Source: an uncultured Clostridia bacterium
GTDB taxonomy: Bacteria > Bacillota > Clostridia > Christensenellales > CAG-314
Direction of reading: 5' to 3'
DNA length: 64,000 nt
Assembly: GCA_947630455.1 (NCBI GenBank)
Contig: CANRHP010000001.1
Coordinates: 25,651-89,650 of the forward strand
Both the position numbers and the translations under genes were made by a program. The notes beneath the pieces are model-generated. The model saw only the letters and a list, made by a program, of their open reading frames with translations. It was not told the origin of the DNA and did not search any database. Of this stretch, positions 1 through 9,712 are shown in pieces. Position 1 is the first letter of the stretch. Each line of letters begins with the position of its first letter.

Positions 1-329
1 TGCACGTCGATTGTATCGACGATCATACCGGTGAAGCGTTCTAAGCCGTATTTTACCGTGTTCTTCAAGCTTGACGAAACAGCGGAGACCGGAAGTCCGT
101 ATTTAATTTTCACATATAGGTCAACAAAGATGCGGTCACCTTTTGTCTCCACTCTTACTCCGCGGCTTTTGCCATTGCGTTTGAAAAGATCGGTAAAGGA
201 ATCGGAGAAACCAAAAGGCACAATTTCCACCACTCCGTAACACTCTATTGCCAGATGCCCGGCCAGTGACGCAATTACGTCGTCGGAAACGGTAATTACA
301 CCGTACGAATTTCTTGTCCGCAATGCCAT
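1..329 (-). CDS. Asp23/Gls24-family (DUF322) stress protein, C-terminal end outside window
   Basis: Frame is open from the ATG at 327-329 to the window edge, so it is absent from the ORF track. GGGAGGA SD lies about 8 nt upstream. Translation MALRTRNSYGVITVSDDVIASLAGHLAIECYGVVEIV...VKIKYGLPVSAVSSSLKNTVKYGLERFTGMIV matches the Asp23 family. Divergent from rpmB, like yloU in B. subtilis. Confidence 0.75.
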   Translation of the reverse strand, partial: MALRTRNSYGVITVSDDVIASLAGHLAIECYGVVEIVPFGFSDSFTDLFKRNGKSRGVRVETKGDRIFVDLYVKIKYGLPVSAVSSSLKNTVKYGLERFTGMIVDTIDV

Positions 330-479
330 TCGACATTCCTCCCATATATATGTAATATTATTTTACAACAAAAAATATTATTTCACAAGTGTTTCAGAGT
401 TAATTTTACCATATTTACAACGCAAGTTACAGTTTTAACATATTTGTTACTGCAATTTGAAAAAAAGTGGCTATTTTGC

Positions 480-508
480 TTGCCAAAACGCGACAAAAAT
501 GATATTAT
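480..508 (+). promoter_or_regulatory. sigma-A type promoter of rpmB
   Basis: TTGCCA (480-485), 17-nt spacer, TATTAT (503-508), about 50 nt upstream of the rpmB ATG. Confidence 0.5.
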
Positions 509-558
509 TGTAAAGCGTGAATTTTAACACAAACAAATCGACCCACGGAGGTGTAGAT

Positions 559-747
559 ATGTCCAAGGTATGCGCTATATGCGGAAAAGGCAAAATGTCC
601 GGTAACAAGGTTTCCCACTCCAACAGAAGGACGCCCAAAACTTACAGTGCCAACTTGCAAAAGGTAAAAGTGGAAATCGACGGTAAAGAGTCCACTGAAT
701 ACGTTTGCACCCGTTGCATCAGAACAGCAAACAAAGAACAGCACTAA
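559..747 (+). CDS. rpmB: 50S ribosomal protein L28
   Basis: 62-aa MSKVCAICGKGKMSGNKVSHSNRRTPKTYSANLQKVKV... is typical L28. GGAGG SD lies about 8 nt upstream. Track ORF 517..747 begins at an upstream in-frame GTG. Confidence 0.93.
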   Translation: MSKVCAICGKGKMSGNKVSHSNRRTPKTYSANLQKVKVEIDGKESTEYVCTRCIRTANKEQH

Positions 748-757
748 CAATTATTTT

Positions 758-788
758 GGCCTCACCTTGTGTGAGGCTCAATTTTTTT
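758..788 (+). terminator. rho-independent terminator after rpmB
   Basis: GCCTCAC-cttgt-GTGAGGC hairpin followed by a T7 run. Confidence 0.8.
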
Positions 789-843
789 GCACCACTGTCA
801 GTACGCTGAGAGCTGCACAACAATTTTCAATAAGGAAATAAAT

Positions 844-1860
844 ATGCTGCAAATAATTTCTGCCGCCATTGGAAATACCTGGTCAATAGCGGGTGAGAAC
901 GAATTCATACTGTGGTTTCAAAGCATTGCCGGAAAGGGCAGCTTTTTGTACTACATAATGAATTTCATTTCAATGTTAGGCGAGGAAACGGTGCTTGTTG
1001 GCATCGTTGGATTGATATACTGGGGCTTGGACAAACGACGCGGTGAGCAAATTGGCATCGGAATGATCGCCACAACAATTTTTAATCCGCTTATAAAAAA
1101 CATTGTAAGACGCACGCGTCCTTTCGACGCTCACAGTGATATACAAAACTTTCGCGATGTTGAAGGCTACTCCTTTCCGTCAGGACACTCTGCCAATTCC
1201 GCCGCGACATATTTCGGTACGGCATATGTCTATAAAGACAAGCATTATAAATGGCTTGTCGCTGCTGCAGTAGTTATTCCGTTGTTGGTTGCACTTTCGC
1301 GCACATATCTCGGCGCTCACTACCCCTCCGATGTTATATGCGGCTTACTGTTAGGCATATTTGTTGTTCTATTGAACGGTTTGGCTTGTAAATTTTTACT
1401 TAATAAATATTGGATCTACTGCATACTGGGAATTATAGGCTTTGCGGGTTTTTTCTACTGTACAACAGAAGACTTCTTTACAGCATACGGACTGCTTATC
1501 GGTTTTTTCTGCGGAACGCTTTTTGAAAAAAAGATCACAAAATTTGCCAATACGCGTATTTGGTGGAGAATTGTACTGCGCATGGGCGCAGGCGGAGCGA
1601 TTTTTTTAGGTTTAAACGAGCTAATCAAGCTTATTGTCGGAGCCTGCTATCCTACTTACGAACAAAACATTTGGTTTGAACATATCTTTCGCGTCTTACG
1701 ATACGCCATTGTCACCTTTATAGACATAGGAGTTTACCCATTGCTTTTTGCTCAAACGGAAAAGCTTTGGTTAAAATGGGGATGGATGAAGCATGACGAA
1801 TTAACTGCGGCTGCAAAAAATGCCGAAACACAAGATGAATTGCAAGACGCTCCACAATAA
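844..1860 (+). CDS. PAP2-family phosphatase (membrane) with extra C-terminal TM region
   Basis: PAP2 motifs KxxxxxxRP (KNIVRRTRP), PSGHS (FPSGHSANSA) and SRxxxxxHxxxD (SRTYLGAHYPSDV). Start moved to the ATG at 844 (AAGGA SD). Multiple hydrophobic helices and an acidic tail. Confidence 0.8.
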   Translation: MLQIISAAIGNTWSIAGENEFILWFQSIAGKGSFLYYIMNFISMLGEETVLVGIVGLIYWGLDKRRGEQIGIGMIATTIFNPLIKNIVRRTRPFDAHSDIQNFRDVEGYSFPSGHSANSAATYFGTAYVYKDKHYKWLVAAAVVIPLLVALSRTYLGAHYPSDVICGLLLGIFVVLLNGLACKFLLNKYWIYCILGIIGFAGFFYCTTEDFFTAYGLLIGFFCGTLFEKKITKFANTRIWWRIVLRMGAGGAIFLGLNELIKLIVGACYPTYEQNIWFEHIFRVLRYAIVTFIDIGVYPLLFAQTEKLWLKWGWMKHDELTAAAKNAETQDELQDAPQ

Positions 1861-1925
1861 AATATCGGAGGGAAACGAAACGGATAAGGGGTCGATTATT
1901 TAAAATTTAGACACAACCGGAGTCA

Positions 1926-1956
1926 CGGTTTTTGACGTTGAGGTCAACCGATTTTT
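1926..1956 (+). terminator. terminator after PAP2 gene
   Basis: CGGTT-TTTGAC-gttgag-GTCAA-CCG hairpin followed by ATTTTT. Confidence 0.55.
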
Positions 1957-1977
1957 CACGCATAATGAATTTCAATT

Positions 1978-2022
1978 AAAAAAGTCCTTTTGCTAAGTAT
2001 ATCCCGGCAAAAGGACCTTTTG
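1978..2022. terminator. bidirectional terminator hairpin
   Basis: 10-bp stem GTCCTTTTGC (1984-1993) / GCAAAAGGAC (2007-2016), flanked by A6 on the left and CTTTT on the right. Sits between convergent transcription units. Confidence 0.65.
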
Positions 2023-2042
2023 TGTGTATAACGATATTTGAA

Positions 2043-2153
2043 TCAAAACAGGGATTTCTTATTATTTTTTCCCACAACAGATTTCCCCAGCAGCAACCGA
2101 AGAATATTTCCCACAAAATTCGGTAATTTGAAACAGAAAATCCTATTTTTCAT
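2043..2153 (-). CDS. hypothetical 36-aa small protein
   Basis: ATG at 2153 is preceded by the strong SD AAAGGGAGAGAGT. Translation MKNRIFCFKLPNFVGNILRLLLGKSVVGKNNKKSLF. Followed by the 1978-2022 terminator. Possible GTGACA-18-TATACT promoter upstream. No homology recognised. Confidence 0.25.
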   Translation of the reverse strand: MKNRIFCFKLPNFVGNILRLLLGKSVVGKNNKKSLF

Positions 2154-2224
2154 ACTCTCTCCCTTTTTGGTAACAGTATATGTAAAATATTGTCTAATTG
2201 TCACAAATCAAAATATGTAACAGT

Positions 2225-2866
2225 TCATCTATGACAAATTTTATTTATTGCCGCTTGCCTGTCGGGAACGCTCATAATCGCACTACCGGCAACAAGGACG
2301 TCTGCACCGGCGTCAATCACAGATTTGGAGGTTTCGGGGTTTATACCGCCGTCCACCTCAACAAGAACATTTGGAAACAGTTCTTTTGCACGTCGAATCT
2401 TTTCCACAGCGGACGGTATAAACTCCTGCCCGCCAAAGCCCGGCTCCACCGACATTATCAGAACCAGATCAAAAAGCCCCCGATAAGGAGTAATCGCTCC
2501 TATAGGCGTATTGGGTTTTACGGAAATACCTGCTTTTTTGCCGCATGCATGGATGAGGCGAAGCGTTTCCGAAACATTTTTAGTAGCTTCCAAATGAAAG
2601 GTAATGATATCGGCTCCCGCTTCAGCAAATTGCTTTACATAGCGTTCCGGTTCGTTTATCATAAGGTGGACATCCAACGGCAAAACCACACAGCGTCGAA
2701 TACTCCTTACAATAGGCATTCCGAACGTAATATTGGGCACAAAATTGCCATCCATAACATCGCAGTGTATCCAATCGGCGCCGCACTTTTCCAATGATTT
2801 ACATTCCTGCTCCAGCCTGGCAAAATCGGCGGACAATATGGATGGACTGATAAATATCTTTTTCAT
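2225..2866 (-). CDS. rpe: ribulose-phosphate 3-epimerase
   Basis: ISPSILSADFARL...HCDVMDGNFVPNITFG...VDGGIN signature motifs. Confidence 0.95.
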   Translation of the reverse strand: MKKIFISPSILSADFARLEQECKSLEKCGADWIHCDVMDGNFVPNITFGMPIVRSIRRCVVLPLDVHLMINEPERYVKQFAEAGADIITFHLEATKNVSETLRLIHACGKKAGISVKPNTPIGAITPYRGLFDLVLIMSVEPGFGGQEFIPSAVEKIRRAKELFPNVLVEVDGGINPETSKSVIDAGADVLVAGSAIMSVPDRQAAINKICHR

Positions 2867-2923
2867 AGTGACCTCTTGTTACTATTGTTTTATTGTTTAT
2901 TATAACCGAAGAAAATTATCCCG

Positions 2924-3802
2924 TTAATGTTGATTTTTTTCCGCTTCCCTAAGCTCGTTAAATTCTTCAACGTATCGTTCGTAGCGCGCTTTGCTCAGCT
3001 TACCCTTTTCAACTGCCGCTCTTACGGCGCAGTCCGGCTCAACGGTATGTGTACAGGAGGTGTATTTGCAACCATGCGCTACATTCACGAAATCGTCCAA
3101 ATATAGTCTCAGTTCGTCAGAACGTATGCCCTGCAGTTCACATAAAGAAAAACCGCACGTATCAACCAAATATCCGTCGCCAACCATATACAGCGAAATG
3201 TGCCTTGTGGTGTGTACTCCTCTGCCGGACTTTTGAGATATACCTCCCGTTTCTCCTTTTGCATCGGGCAAAAGAGCATTTAGAAGCGAGGTCTTTCCCA
3301 CTGCAGATTGTCCGGCAAAACAAGCCACCTTGCCATTCGTCAGATATTTACTTAGCGCATTTATGCTTGACGGATCAAAGGCGGAAACACCGACTATTTC
3401 TGCGATGGAGTCGTAATCGGATTTGATTTGTCTCAATGTTTCTGTGGACAGATCCATCTTATTTACAACAATAACGGGTTCTATATGCTCTTGAAAACAG
3501 TTTATAAGTATTTTGTCGCACAAATATAGATCGGGCTGCGGTTCGCATGCCAATACCAAAAAACACACGTCTACGTTGGCAATTTCGGGACGCGTAAGCT
3601 TGTTGCGTCGAGGCAAAACAGACGAAACAACGCCTTTGCCCTGTCGCAGCTCGTCAAATTTGACCTTGTCTCCAACTACAACGTCAAAATCGTTGTAGCG
3701 GAGCTTTTTGGGCGCAAAACACACAAATTTTTGTCCGTTTTCCGTCATAACGGTAAATACTCCGCCTACGGATTTGATTACAACACCCGATTTAGTTGCC
3801 AT
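2924..3802 (-). CDS. rsgA: ribosome small-subunit-dependent GTPase A
   Basis: P-loop GQSAVGKTSLLNAL. C-terminal zinc motif CKYTSCTHTVEPDC. Start chosen at the ATG at 3802 (MATKSGVVIKSVGG..., GGAAGG SD). The track ORF extends to 3844, inside the rlmN 3' end. Confidence 0.9.
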   Translation of the reverse strand: MATKSGVVIKSVGGVFTVMTENGQKFVCFAPKKLRYNDFDVVVGDKVKFDELRQGKGVVSSVLPRRNKLTRPEIANVDVCFLVLACEPQPDLYLCDKILINCFQEHIEPVIVVNKMDLSTETLRQIKSDYDSIAEIVGVSAFDPSSINALSKYLTNGKVACFAGQSAVGKTSLLNALLPDAKGETGGISQKSGRGVHTTRHISLYMVGDGYLVDTCGFSLCELQGIRSDELRLYLDDFVNVAHGCKYTSCTHTVEPDCAVRAAVEKGKLSKARYERYVEEFNELREAEKNQH

Positions 3803-4835
3803 TGTTGCCTTCCAAATAGCGTCTGCGAAGCTGTCCGCAAGCACCTTCGATATCCTGTCCCATTGTGCGGCGTCGAGTAGCAGACACTCCCAACTTTTCG
3901 AGATATTGCAAAAATTGTTTGAGACATCTCTCGCTTGTGCCCTTGAGTCCAGTTTCCATGACCGGATTCAGTGCAATAATGTTGACATGTACAGATATTC
4001 CTCTAAGCATAGACGCCAATTTGAGCGCATGAGAATAGCTGTCGTTCTGTCCGTCTATGAGCGTATACTCAATATTGATGCGCCGACCGGTCTTTTCAAA
4101 AAAATACCTGCAGGCCTCCACTGCATCCTCCACGGAATAAGCCTTTGTGATAGGCATAATTTCTTTGCGCTGTTCGTTGTCGGCATTGTGCAAACTAAGC
4201 GTAAGATTTACCGGCAGCTTCATATCCGCAAGCTTGCGAATATTCGGTACAATACCGCATGTAGAAAGAGAAACATTGCGCAGCGAGATGTTTATTCCTT
4301 CGGGCGAAGATACCAATCGCAAAAATTTGACAACATTGTCGAAGTTGTCCAACGGTTCGCCGCTGCCCATTAAAACAATATTGGTTACATACCGTTTACC
4401 GCTGCCCAAAGCGTTTACAGCAAGCACCTGACCGAGCATTTCTCCCGCTGAAAGATTGCGCACCAAGCCGCCTAACGTACTTGCGCAAAATTTACAGCCC
4501 ATTCGGCAGCCCACTTGACTGGAAACACACAAGGTATTGCCGTACTTGTAGTTCATAAGTACGCCTTCCACAACGTTTCCATCGTTTAACTCAAACAAAA
4601 ATTTTTGCGTACCGTCAAGTTTAGAGGTCAATGTGCGAACTATCTTGGCGGACACGGCGACACACTGCAGCTTCAACTGTTCTCGCAGCGACTTTGGCAG
4701 GTTATTCATGTCGTCGAAATCAGCGTTTTTTACAAGCCACCCGAAAATTTGTTTGGCAACATATGGCTTTACATCAAAGTTTGCCGTTATATAATCGGTG
4801 AGTTCCGTTTGCGTCATGTCTTGTAGTAAAATCAT
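3792..4835 (-). CDS. rlmN: 23S rRNA/tRNA (adenine-C2)-methyltransferase RlmN (radical SAM)
   Basis: Radical-SAM CRMGCKFCAS cluster, GEPLDN, and conserved position after rsmB. Confidence 0.95.
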   Translation of the reverse strand: MILLQDMTQTELTDYITANFDVKPYVAKQIFGWLVKNADFDDMNNLPKSLREQLKLQCVAVSAKIVRTLTSKLDGTQKFLFELNDGNVVEGVLMNYKYGNTLCVSSQVGCRMGCKFCASTLGGLVRNLSAGEMLGQVLAVNALGSGKRYVTNIVLMGSGEPLDNFDNVVKFLRLVSSPEGINISLRNVSLSTCGIVPNIRKLADMKLPVNLTLSLHNADNEQRKEIMPITKAYSVEDAVEACRYFFEKTGRRINIEYTLIDGQNDSYSHALKLASMLRGISVHVNIIALNPVMETGLKGTSERCLKQFLQYLEKLGVSATRRRTMGQDIEGACGQLRRRYLEGNNGN

Positions 4836-6106
4836 TTTGTTCGAGTTAACACGGCTACAAAAAAGCCCTGCATGCCGTCCTTATACGGCAAAAATTGATA
4901 TTGATCTTTGCCGTCTGCAGCGGGTATTTGATTTAATAAAATTCTGCCCGCCGAGAAATCGGAATGATCAATCAGAAATTTGCGTATATTTTGTCCATTT
5001 TCGTTGTAGAAAACAGTACACGTAGAGTAAATAAGACTACCGCCCGGCTTTACGTAGCGAGAGCAATTGTCGAGTATCGCAAGCTGCAATTTCATAAGCT
5101 CGGATATGTCCTTGTTTTGACGAAACAGCTTTATATCCGGTCTGTTGTCCAGCACACCGAAACCGCTGCATGGCACATCGCAAAGTACCGTATCGAAAAA
5201 GCTGTTCCACTTCGGCTCGTAAACCGTCATATCGCGACAATAAGTCTTTAGTCTTACCTGCATACGACGTGAATATGCTTCAATCAATTCCACACGGTGA
5301 GCATGTATATCGCAAGAAATAACGTTTGTATCGGGACGCAGCTGCTTTACGTACACAGATTTGCCGCCCGGAGCTGCGCAGCAATCCAGAAAATTGCCGT
5401 TTGACGGAATGAGAGACGCGCAAATTCGGGATATTGCCATAGAGGATAAGCTTTGCATCGTCATTTCCGCAGAATCGTTCGGCAAACCACCCTTTATACG
5501 AAATGCATCCTCGAATATAGTAGCTTCTGCCTCAACGCCGAAACGCTCCTGTATCTGTATCGGCGTTGCGGAATTTACAAATCTAACGGTAGTCCTGCTG
5601 TCCGGAGTAAAGCTGATTATACGCTCCGCCGTTTGCCGCCCGTAGTCTTTTATCAGCTTTTTTAGCGCCCACATAGGATAAGAATATCTGACGGACAAAC
5701 GCTCCAAATCATCTGTCGGATATTCGTCAAAATCCTTAGCATAAATGCCGATCGTTTTCAATGTCGCATTTACAAACCCGACCGTTCGTCTGTCTCCGGA
5801 AAGCTTTGACAGTTCCGCGATATCGTTCACCACAGTGTAAATCGGTATCGACAGCTCCATAAGACAGTACGTACCTATTTTGAGAAAAAGTAATGCTTCT
5901 CCTTTAGGCATTTTGCGGACATAACGCGATATTATATACTCCAGACGCAAATCGTTGTCCAATACGCCGTAAACAATTTTCGTGATCAATGCCCTATCGC
6001 GTTTTGTACAATTATTAAGGGTTTTATTGAGAACAATAACGGAAAACGCTCGTTCTTCGTACACTTGACGCAGCGTTTGAAAGCTTTTGAGAAAGGCGTT
6101 GTTCAT
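4832..6106 (-). CDS. rsmB: 16S rRNA (cytosine967-C5)-methyltransferase
   Basis: NusB-like N-terminus. SAM motif DCCAAPGGKS. Catalytic CDVPCSGFGV and YSTCT. Confidence 0.9.
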   Translation of the reverse strand: MNNAFLKSFQTLRQVYEERAFSVIVLNKTLNNCTKRDRALITKIVYGVLDNDLRLEYIISRYVRKMPKGEALLFLKIGTYCLMELSIPIYTVVNDIAELSKLSGDRRTVGFVNATLKTIGIYAKDFDEYPTDDLERLSVRYSYPMWALKKLIKDYGRQTAERIISFTPDSRTTVRFVNSATPIQIQERFGVEAEATIFEDAFRIKGGLPNDSAEMTMQSLSSMAISRICASLIPSNGNFLDCCAAPGGKSVYVKQLRPDTNVISCDIHAHRVELIEAYSRRMQVRLKTYCRDMTVYEPKWNSFFDTVLCDVPCSGFGVLDNRPDIKLFRQNKDISELMKLQLAILDNCSRYVKPGGSLIYSTCTVFYNENGQNIRKFLIDHSDFSAGRILLNQIPAADGKDQYQFLPYKDGMQGFFVAVLTRTK

Positions 6107-7032
6107 TACTCACCAAGTACCGTTCCTACCGGAATACGATGTCCGTTCAAAAAACTGACTACGTCCATTCGCCTGGCGTTTTCTGCCTGAAGCTCGCGTA
6201 TCTCTACTGCAGCGTCGCCGCACATAACTACAAGACTTTTTTTGTCGGATTTAACGACCTCGCCTGCTTTGCCTTCGCAATTGCTTTCGGCGGGCCTCAA
6301 AGAGTAAATTTTAAGTCGTTTTCCACAAAACGTCGTCCATGCAATGGGAGTTGGATTTAGTGCACGGACAAGATTAATTATGTTTTCTCGCGATTGATTC
6401 CAATCAATTTTCTCCTGTTCTGCTGTAATTTTGCTGCAAAAGGTAGCCTGATTCTCATCCTGCGGAGTGTAGACGGCACAACCATTTTCTATCTGCCGCA
6501 ATGCTTCCACAACAGCGTCCGAACCCAATTGCGCCATTCGGTCAAATAACTCACCGCAAGTTTCATAAGGCGCAATGTCCAAGGTTTTTTGCAAAATAAT
6601 TTCGCCGGCGTCCACCTTGCGCACTGTATTTAAAATAGTGATTCCCGTTTGTTTTAGTCCCATCAATACAGCATATTGGATAGGCGCAGCGCCTCTTAGT
6701 TTTGGCAATAATGAACCGTGAATGTTTATTATGCCGTGCGGAGCGATGTCTATGATCTCCTGCGACAAAATCTGCCCGTATGCCGCCGTCACCATAATGT
6801 CCGGAGCGAGTTGACGAAGAGCTTCAACACCGTCGCGGGAAATTTTTTCAAATTGAAACAATGGCAAGCCGTTCTGCATAGCAAATTTCTTGACAGCGCA
6901 AAACTCGGTTTTACCGCGCGTACCAACTTTATCCGGCTGACATACGCAGCCGACTATCGTGTGATATTTCATAATTTTTTGCAATGCCGGTACACCGAAG
7001 TCGGGCGTACCCAAAAAGACGACTTTCATCAT
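6106..7032 (-). CDS. fmt: methionyl-tRNA formyltransferase
   Basis: VVFLGTPDF and INIHGSLLPKLRGAAPIQ motifs. 1-nt overlap with the rsmB start. Confidence 0.95.
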   Translation of the reverse strand: MMKVVFLGTPDFGVPALQKIMKYHTIVGCVCQPDKVGTRGKTEFCAVKKFAMQNGLPLFQFEKISRDGVEALRQLAPDIMVTAAYGQILSQEIIDIAPHGIINIHGSLLPKLRGAAPIQYAVLMGLKQTGITILNTVRKVDAGEIILQKTLDIAPYETCGELFDRMAQLGSDAVVEALRQIENGCAVYTPQDENQATFCSKITAEQEKIDWNQSRENIINLVRALNPTPIAWTTFCGKRLKIYSLRPAESNCEGKAGEVVKSDKKSLVVMCGDAAVEIRELQAENARRMDVVSFLNGHRIPVGTVLGE

Positions 7033-7044
7033 CCGTTCCTCCGC

Positions 7045-7503
7045 CTAATCATCGTCGATGATCTTTTTAATCATTTTGTCGGCAAACAATATGCCGTCCA
7101 AATGGTCCATTTCGTGTAAAAACACGCGCGCAAAGTATCCTTCCGCACACTGATGATGCTTCTTTCCGTTACGATCAAAGTACTCTACTTTTATTGACTC
7201 GGGACGCTCCACCAATCCTCGAAAACCCGGTACCGAAAGACAACCCTCATTGTCTACGCACTTACCGGAGCTTTTGATAAGAACGGGATTGACCAATTCG
7301 TAGAGCTTTTCATCATACTCCACTATACATACGCGACGGAGAATCCCAACCTGCGGCGCGGCAAGCCCCAACCCGCCAACCGAATGAAGAGTATCCTCCA
7401 TGTCGTCCAAAAGCTGATGTAATTTGAAGTCAAAGCTTTCTACGGGTTTGCTTATCTTTCGGAGAAGCGGATCTCCCATTTTAAGAATATTTCTTGTTGC
7501 CAT
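7045..7503 (-). CDS. def: peptide deformylase
   Basis: GLAAPQVG, EGCLSVPG and HEMDHLDG motifs. Confidence 0.96.
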   Translation of the reverse strand: MATRNILKMGDPLLRKISKPVESFDFKLHQLLDDMEDTLHSVGGLGLAAPQVGILRRVCIVEYDEKLYELVNPVLIKSSGKCVDNEGCLSVPGFRGLVERPESIKVEYFDRNGKKHHQCAEGYFARVFLHEMDHLDGILFADKMIKKIIDDD

Positions 7504-7513
7504 AATTCACCTT

Positions 7514-9712
7514 TCATGAAAGATTTTGCGGATCGCGTTCCACCGACACATGCACGGTTCGGCGTTTTTTTGAGTCGCAGATCGCGTATATTTGCGGTAT
7601 CAACCGGTTTACGCTATCCTTCGATAGTTTGATCAGTATTTGAAAACGGTATTGTTTTTCAGCACGTTTCAACGGACAGCGCATTTTGTCAAGATACAAA
7701 AATGCCGTTGGATTGTCTGTTTTGAGATTGGTAATAGCCGCATTTTGTTCGACAAGCTCGTCGATACAGTCCTGTTCCTTTTCTCCCGTGTAGAGAATAC
7801 GCACAATTTCCGAAAAAGGCGGAAAAGAGGACGCCTGACGTATGTTAATTTCGTACTTGTAAAAGCCGATATAATCCTGTTTGGCGGCAAAACGCAGACA
7901 ATAATGTCCCGGAGTATACGTTTGCAATACAACCGAGCCTTTATCCTTATCTCTTCCGCTGCGTCCCGCAACCTGTGTGATAAGCTGGAATGTGCGTTCG
8001 GTCGCCAAATAGTCTTCGTGATGTAAGCTTTGATCGCCGTCAAGTATTCCCACCAAAGTAACCTTCGCAAAGTCGTGTCCCTTGGCGATCATCTGCGTGC
8101 CAACAAGAATTTGAGCCTCACCGCGAGAAAATGATTCGAGAATTTTTCCGTGACTCTCCTTGGTTTGCGTAGTGTCGGCATCCATTCTGAGTACTTTAAC
8201 GTCGGGAAACATCTTGTTGAGCAGCTCCACCACCTGCTGTGTGCCTATACGTCCCTGACGGAAGCTGTCCGACTTGCAAACAGGGCACTTATCTAAAATA
8301 TAGTAAGATTTACCGCAATAGTGACACTTGAGTCGGTTGTCCTCGCGATGAACCGTGAGCGTTACGTCGCAATCCTCGCATTTGGCGACATAGCCGCACT
8401 TTGTGCACATCATAAAGGAGGAGTATCCCCTGCGATTGAGAAACAGCATCGCCTGATTGCCAGCTTTGATCGTTTCGGCAAGCCGCTCTTTCAGCACGGA
8501 GCTGAATATACCCTTGTTGCCTCGACGAGTTTCCAACGTCATATCTACTATTTCCACCGTAGGCAACGGTTGTTTGTTGATGCGTTCGGGCATTTCGATC
8601 AACTTAAGCTTGCCGCGACAAGCTGCGTAGTAAGTGCCAAGGCTGGGTGTAGCACTGCCAAGAAGCAATAAAGCGCCCTCCTGCCCGGCACGAAAATCTG
8701 CAACCTCCGCAGTGTTGTAACGCGGGTTGAAATCGGATATGTAACTGCTGTCGTGTTCCTCGTCTATGATAATTGCGCCTATATTTGTGAGCGGCGCAAA
8801 AACCGCGCTTCGAGCGCCTACGGCTATTTGCGCCTCGCCGTTTTTTAGCCGCAGCCATTCGTCATACCTTTCGCCGGCGGACAATCCGCTGTGCAGCAAA
8901 GCGACGGTATCACCGAAACGCTCGCGCAGTTGTTTGAGCATATTGGGAGTGAGGGAAATTTCCGGCACAAGCATAATGCAGGTTTTACCTTCGGCAACTA
9001 TTTTTTCAATTATAGTCAAGTACACTTCCGTTTTTCCGCTGCCGGTTACACCATGCAACAGAAACCGTCCCTTTCGATCCGACAATACGGTGTCCACTGC
9101 GTTCTGCTGAGTAAGTGTAAGAATATGCTTACCTGCGCCGTACATTTTGATATCCTTGTACGGTATACGTCGTACTACAACATCCTGCGAAGAAACTATT
9201 CCCTTTTGCTTAAGCGCTTTGAGTGCGGAATTGCCGAACTCGCGATTGATCGTTTCGGCAAGCGTTGAACCGTTGAGATACAAAAAAGTCACCAAATCCC
9301 GCTGCATTGTCGCGTTGGGCTTCAGTGAACTCAAAATCGTATCCAAACTATCATTCGTAACCAAACAAATTTGCTGTCTGGACAGCGATTTGATTCGGTT
9401 CCCGCGCATTTCGGCAGGGATAAAAAGTCTGAGTACGTCCGCCCAGTGCAAATGATACTGTCTGCGCATAAAGCTGCCCAACTCCAACATACGCGGGGAA
9501 ATTGCGACAAAATCATCAAGAGCACGAATAATAGTTTTTAGCTTGCTTTCATCATAGTCGGATCGTGATTTTTCTTCAATGATCACACCTTCAGTGGGAC
9601 GATTGCGAAAATCAACCAAAACGCGAGTGCCAACAACGTAGCCCTCGCCCTTGTAGTCGAATATATGATCCACCTCGCTTGCGGATAAATCTACGATTAC
9701 TGAGTATATCAT
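7514..9712 (-). CDS. priA: primosomal protein N' (replication restart helicase)
   Basis: Walker A GVTGSGKTEVY, DEEHD box, and a Cys-rich zinc region CTKCGYVAKCEDCD...CHYCG...CPVCKS. Confidence 0.95.
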   Translation of the reverse strand: MIYSVIVDLSASEVDHIFDYKGEGYVVGTRVLVDFRNRPTEGVIIEEKSRSDYDESKLKTIIRALDDFVAISPRMLELGSFMRRQYHLHWADVLRLFIPAEMRGNRIKSLSRQQICLVTNDSLDTILSSLKPNATMQRDLVTFLYLNGSTLAETINREFGNSALKALKQKGIVSSQDVVVRRIPYKDIKMYGAGKHILTLTQQNAVDTVLSDRKGRFLLHGVTGSGKTEVYLTIIEKIVAEGKTCIMLVPEISLTPNMLKQLRERFGDTVALLHSGLSAGERYDEWLRLKNGEAQIAVGARSAVFAPLTNIGAIIIDEEHDSSYISDFNPRYNTAEVADFRAGQEGALLLLGSATPSLGTYYAACRGKLKLIEMPERINKQPLPTVEIVDMTLETRRGNKGIFSSVLKERLAETIKAGNQAMLFLNRRGYSSFMMCTKCGYVAKCEDCDVTLTVHREDNRLKCHYCGKSYYILDKCPVCKSDSFRQGRIGTQQVVELLNKMFPDVKVLRMDADTTQTKESHGKILESFSRGEAQILVGTQMIAKGHDFAKVTLVGILDGDQSLHHEDYLATERTFQLITQVAGRSGRDKDKGSVVLQTYTPGHYCLRFAAKQDYIGFYKYEINIRQASSFPPFSEIVRILYTGEKEQDCIDELVEQNAAITNLKTDNPTAFLYLDKMRCPLKRAEKQYRFQILIKLSKDSVNRLIPQIYAICDSKKRRTVHVSVERDPQNLS

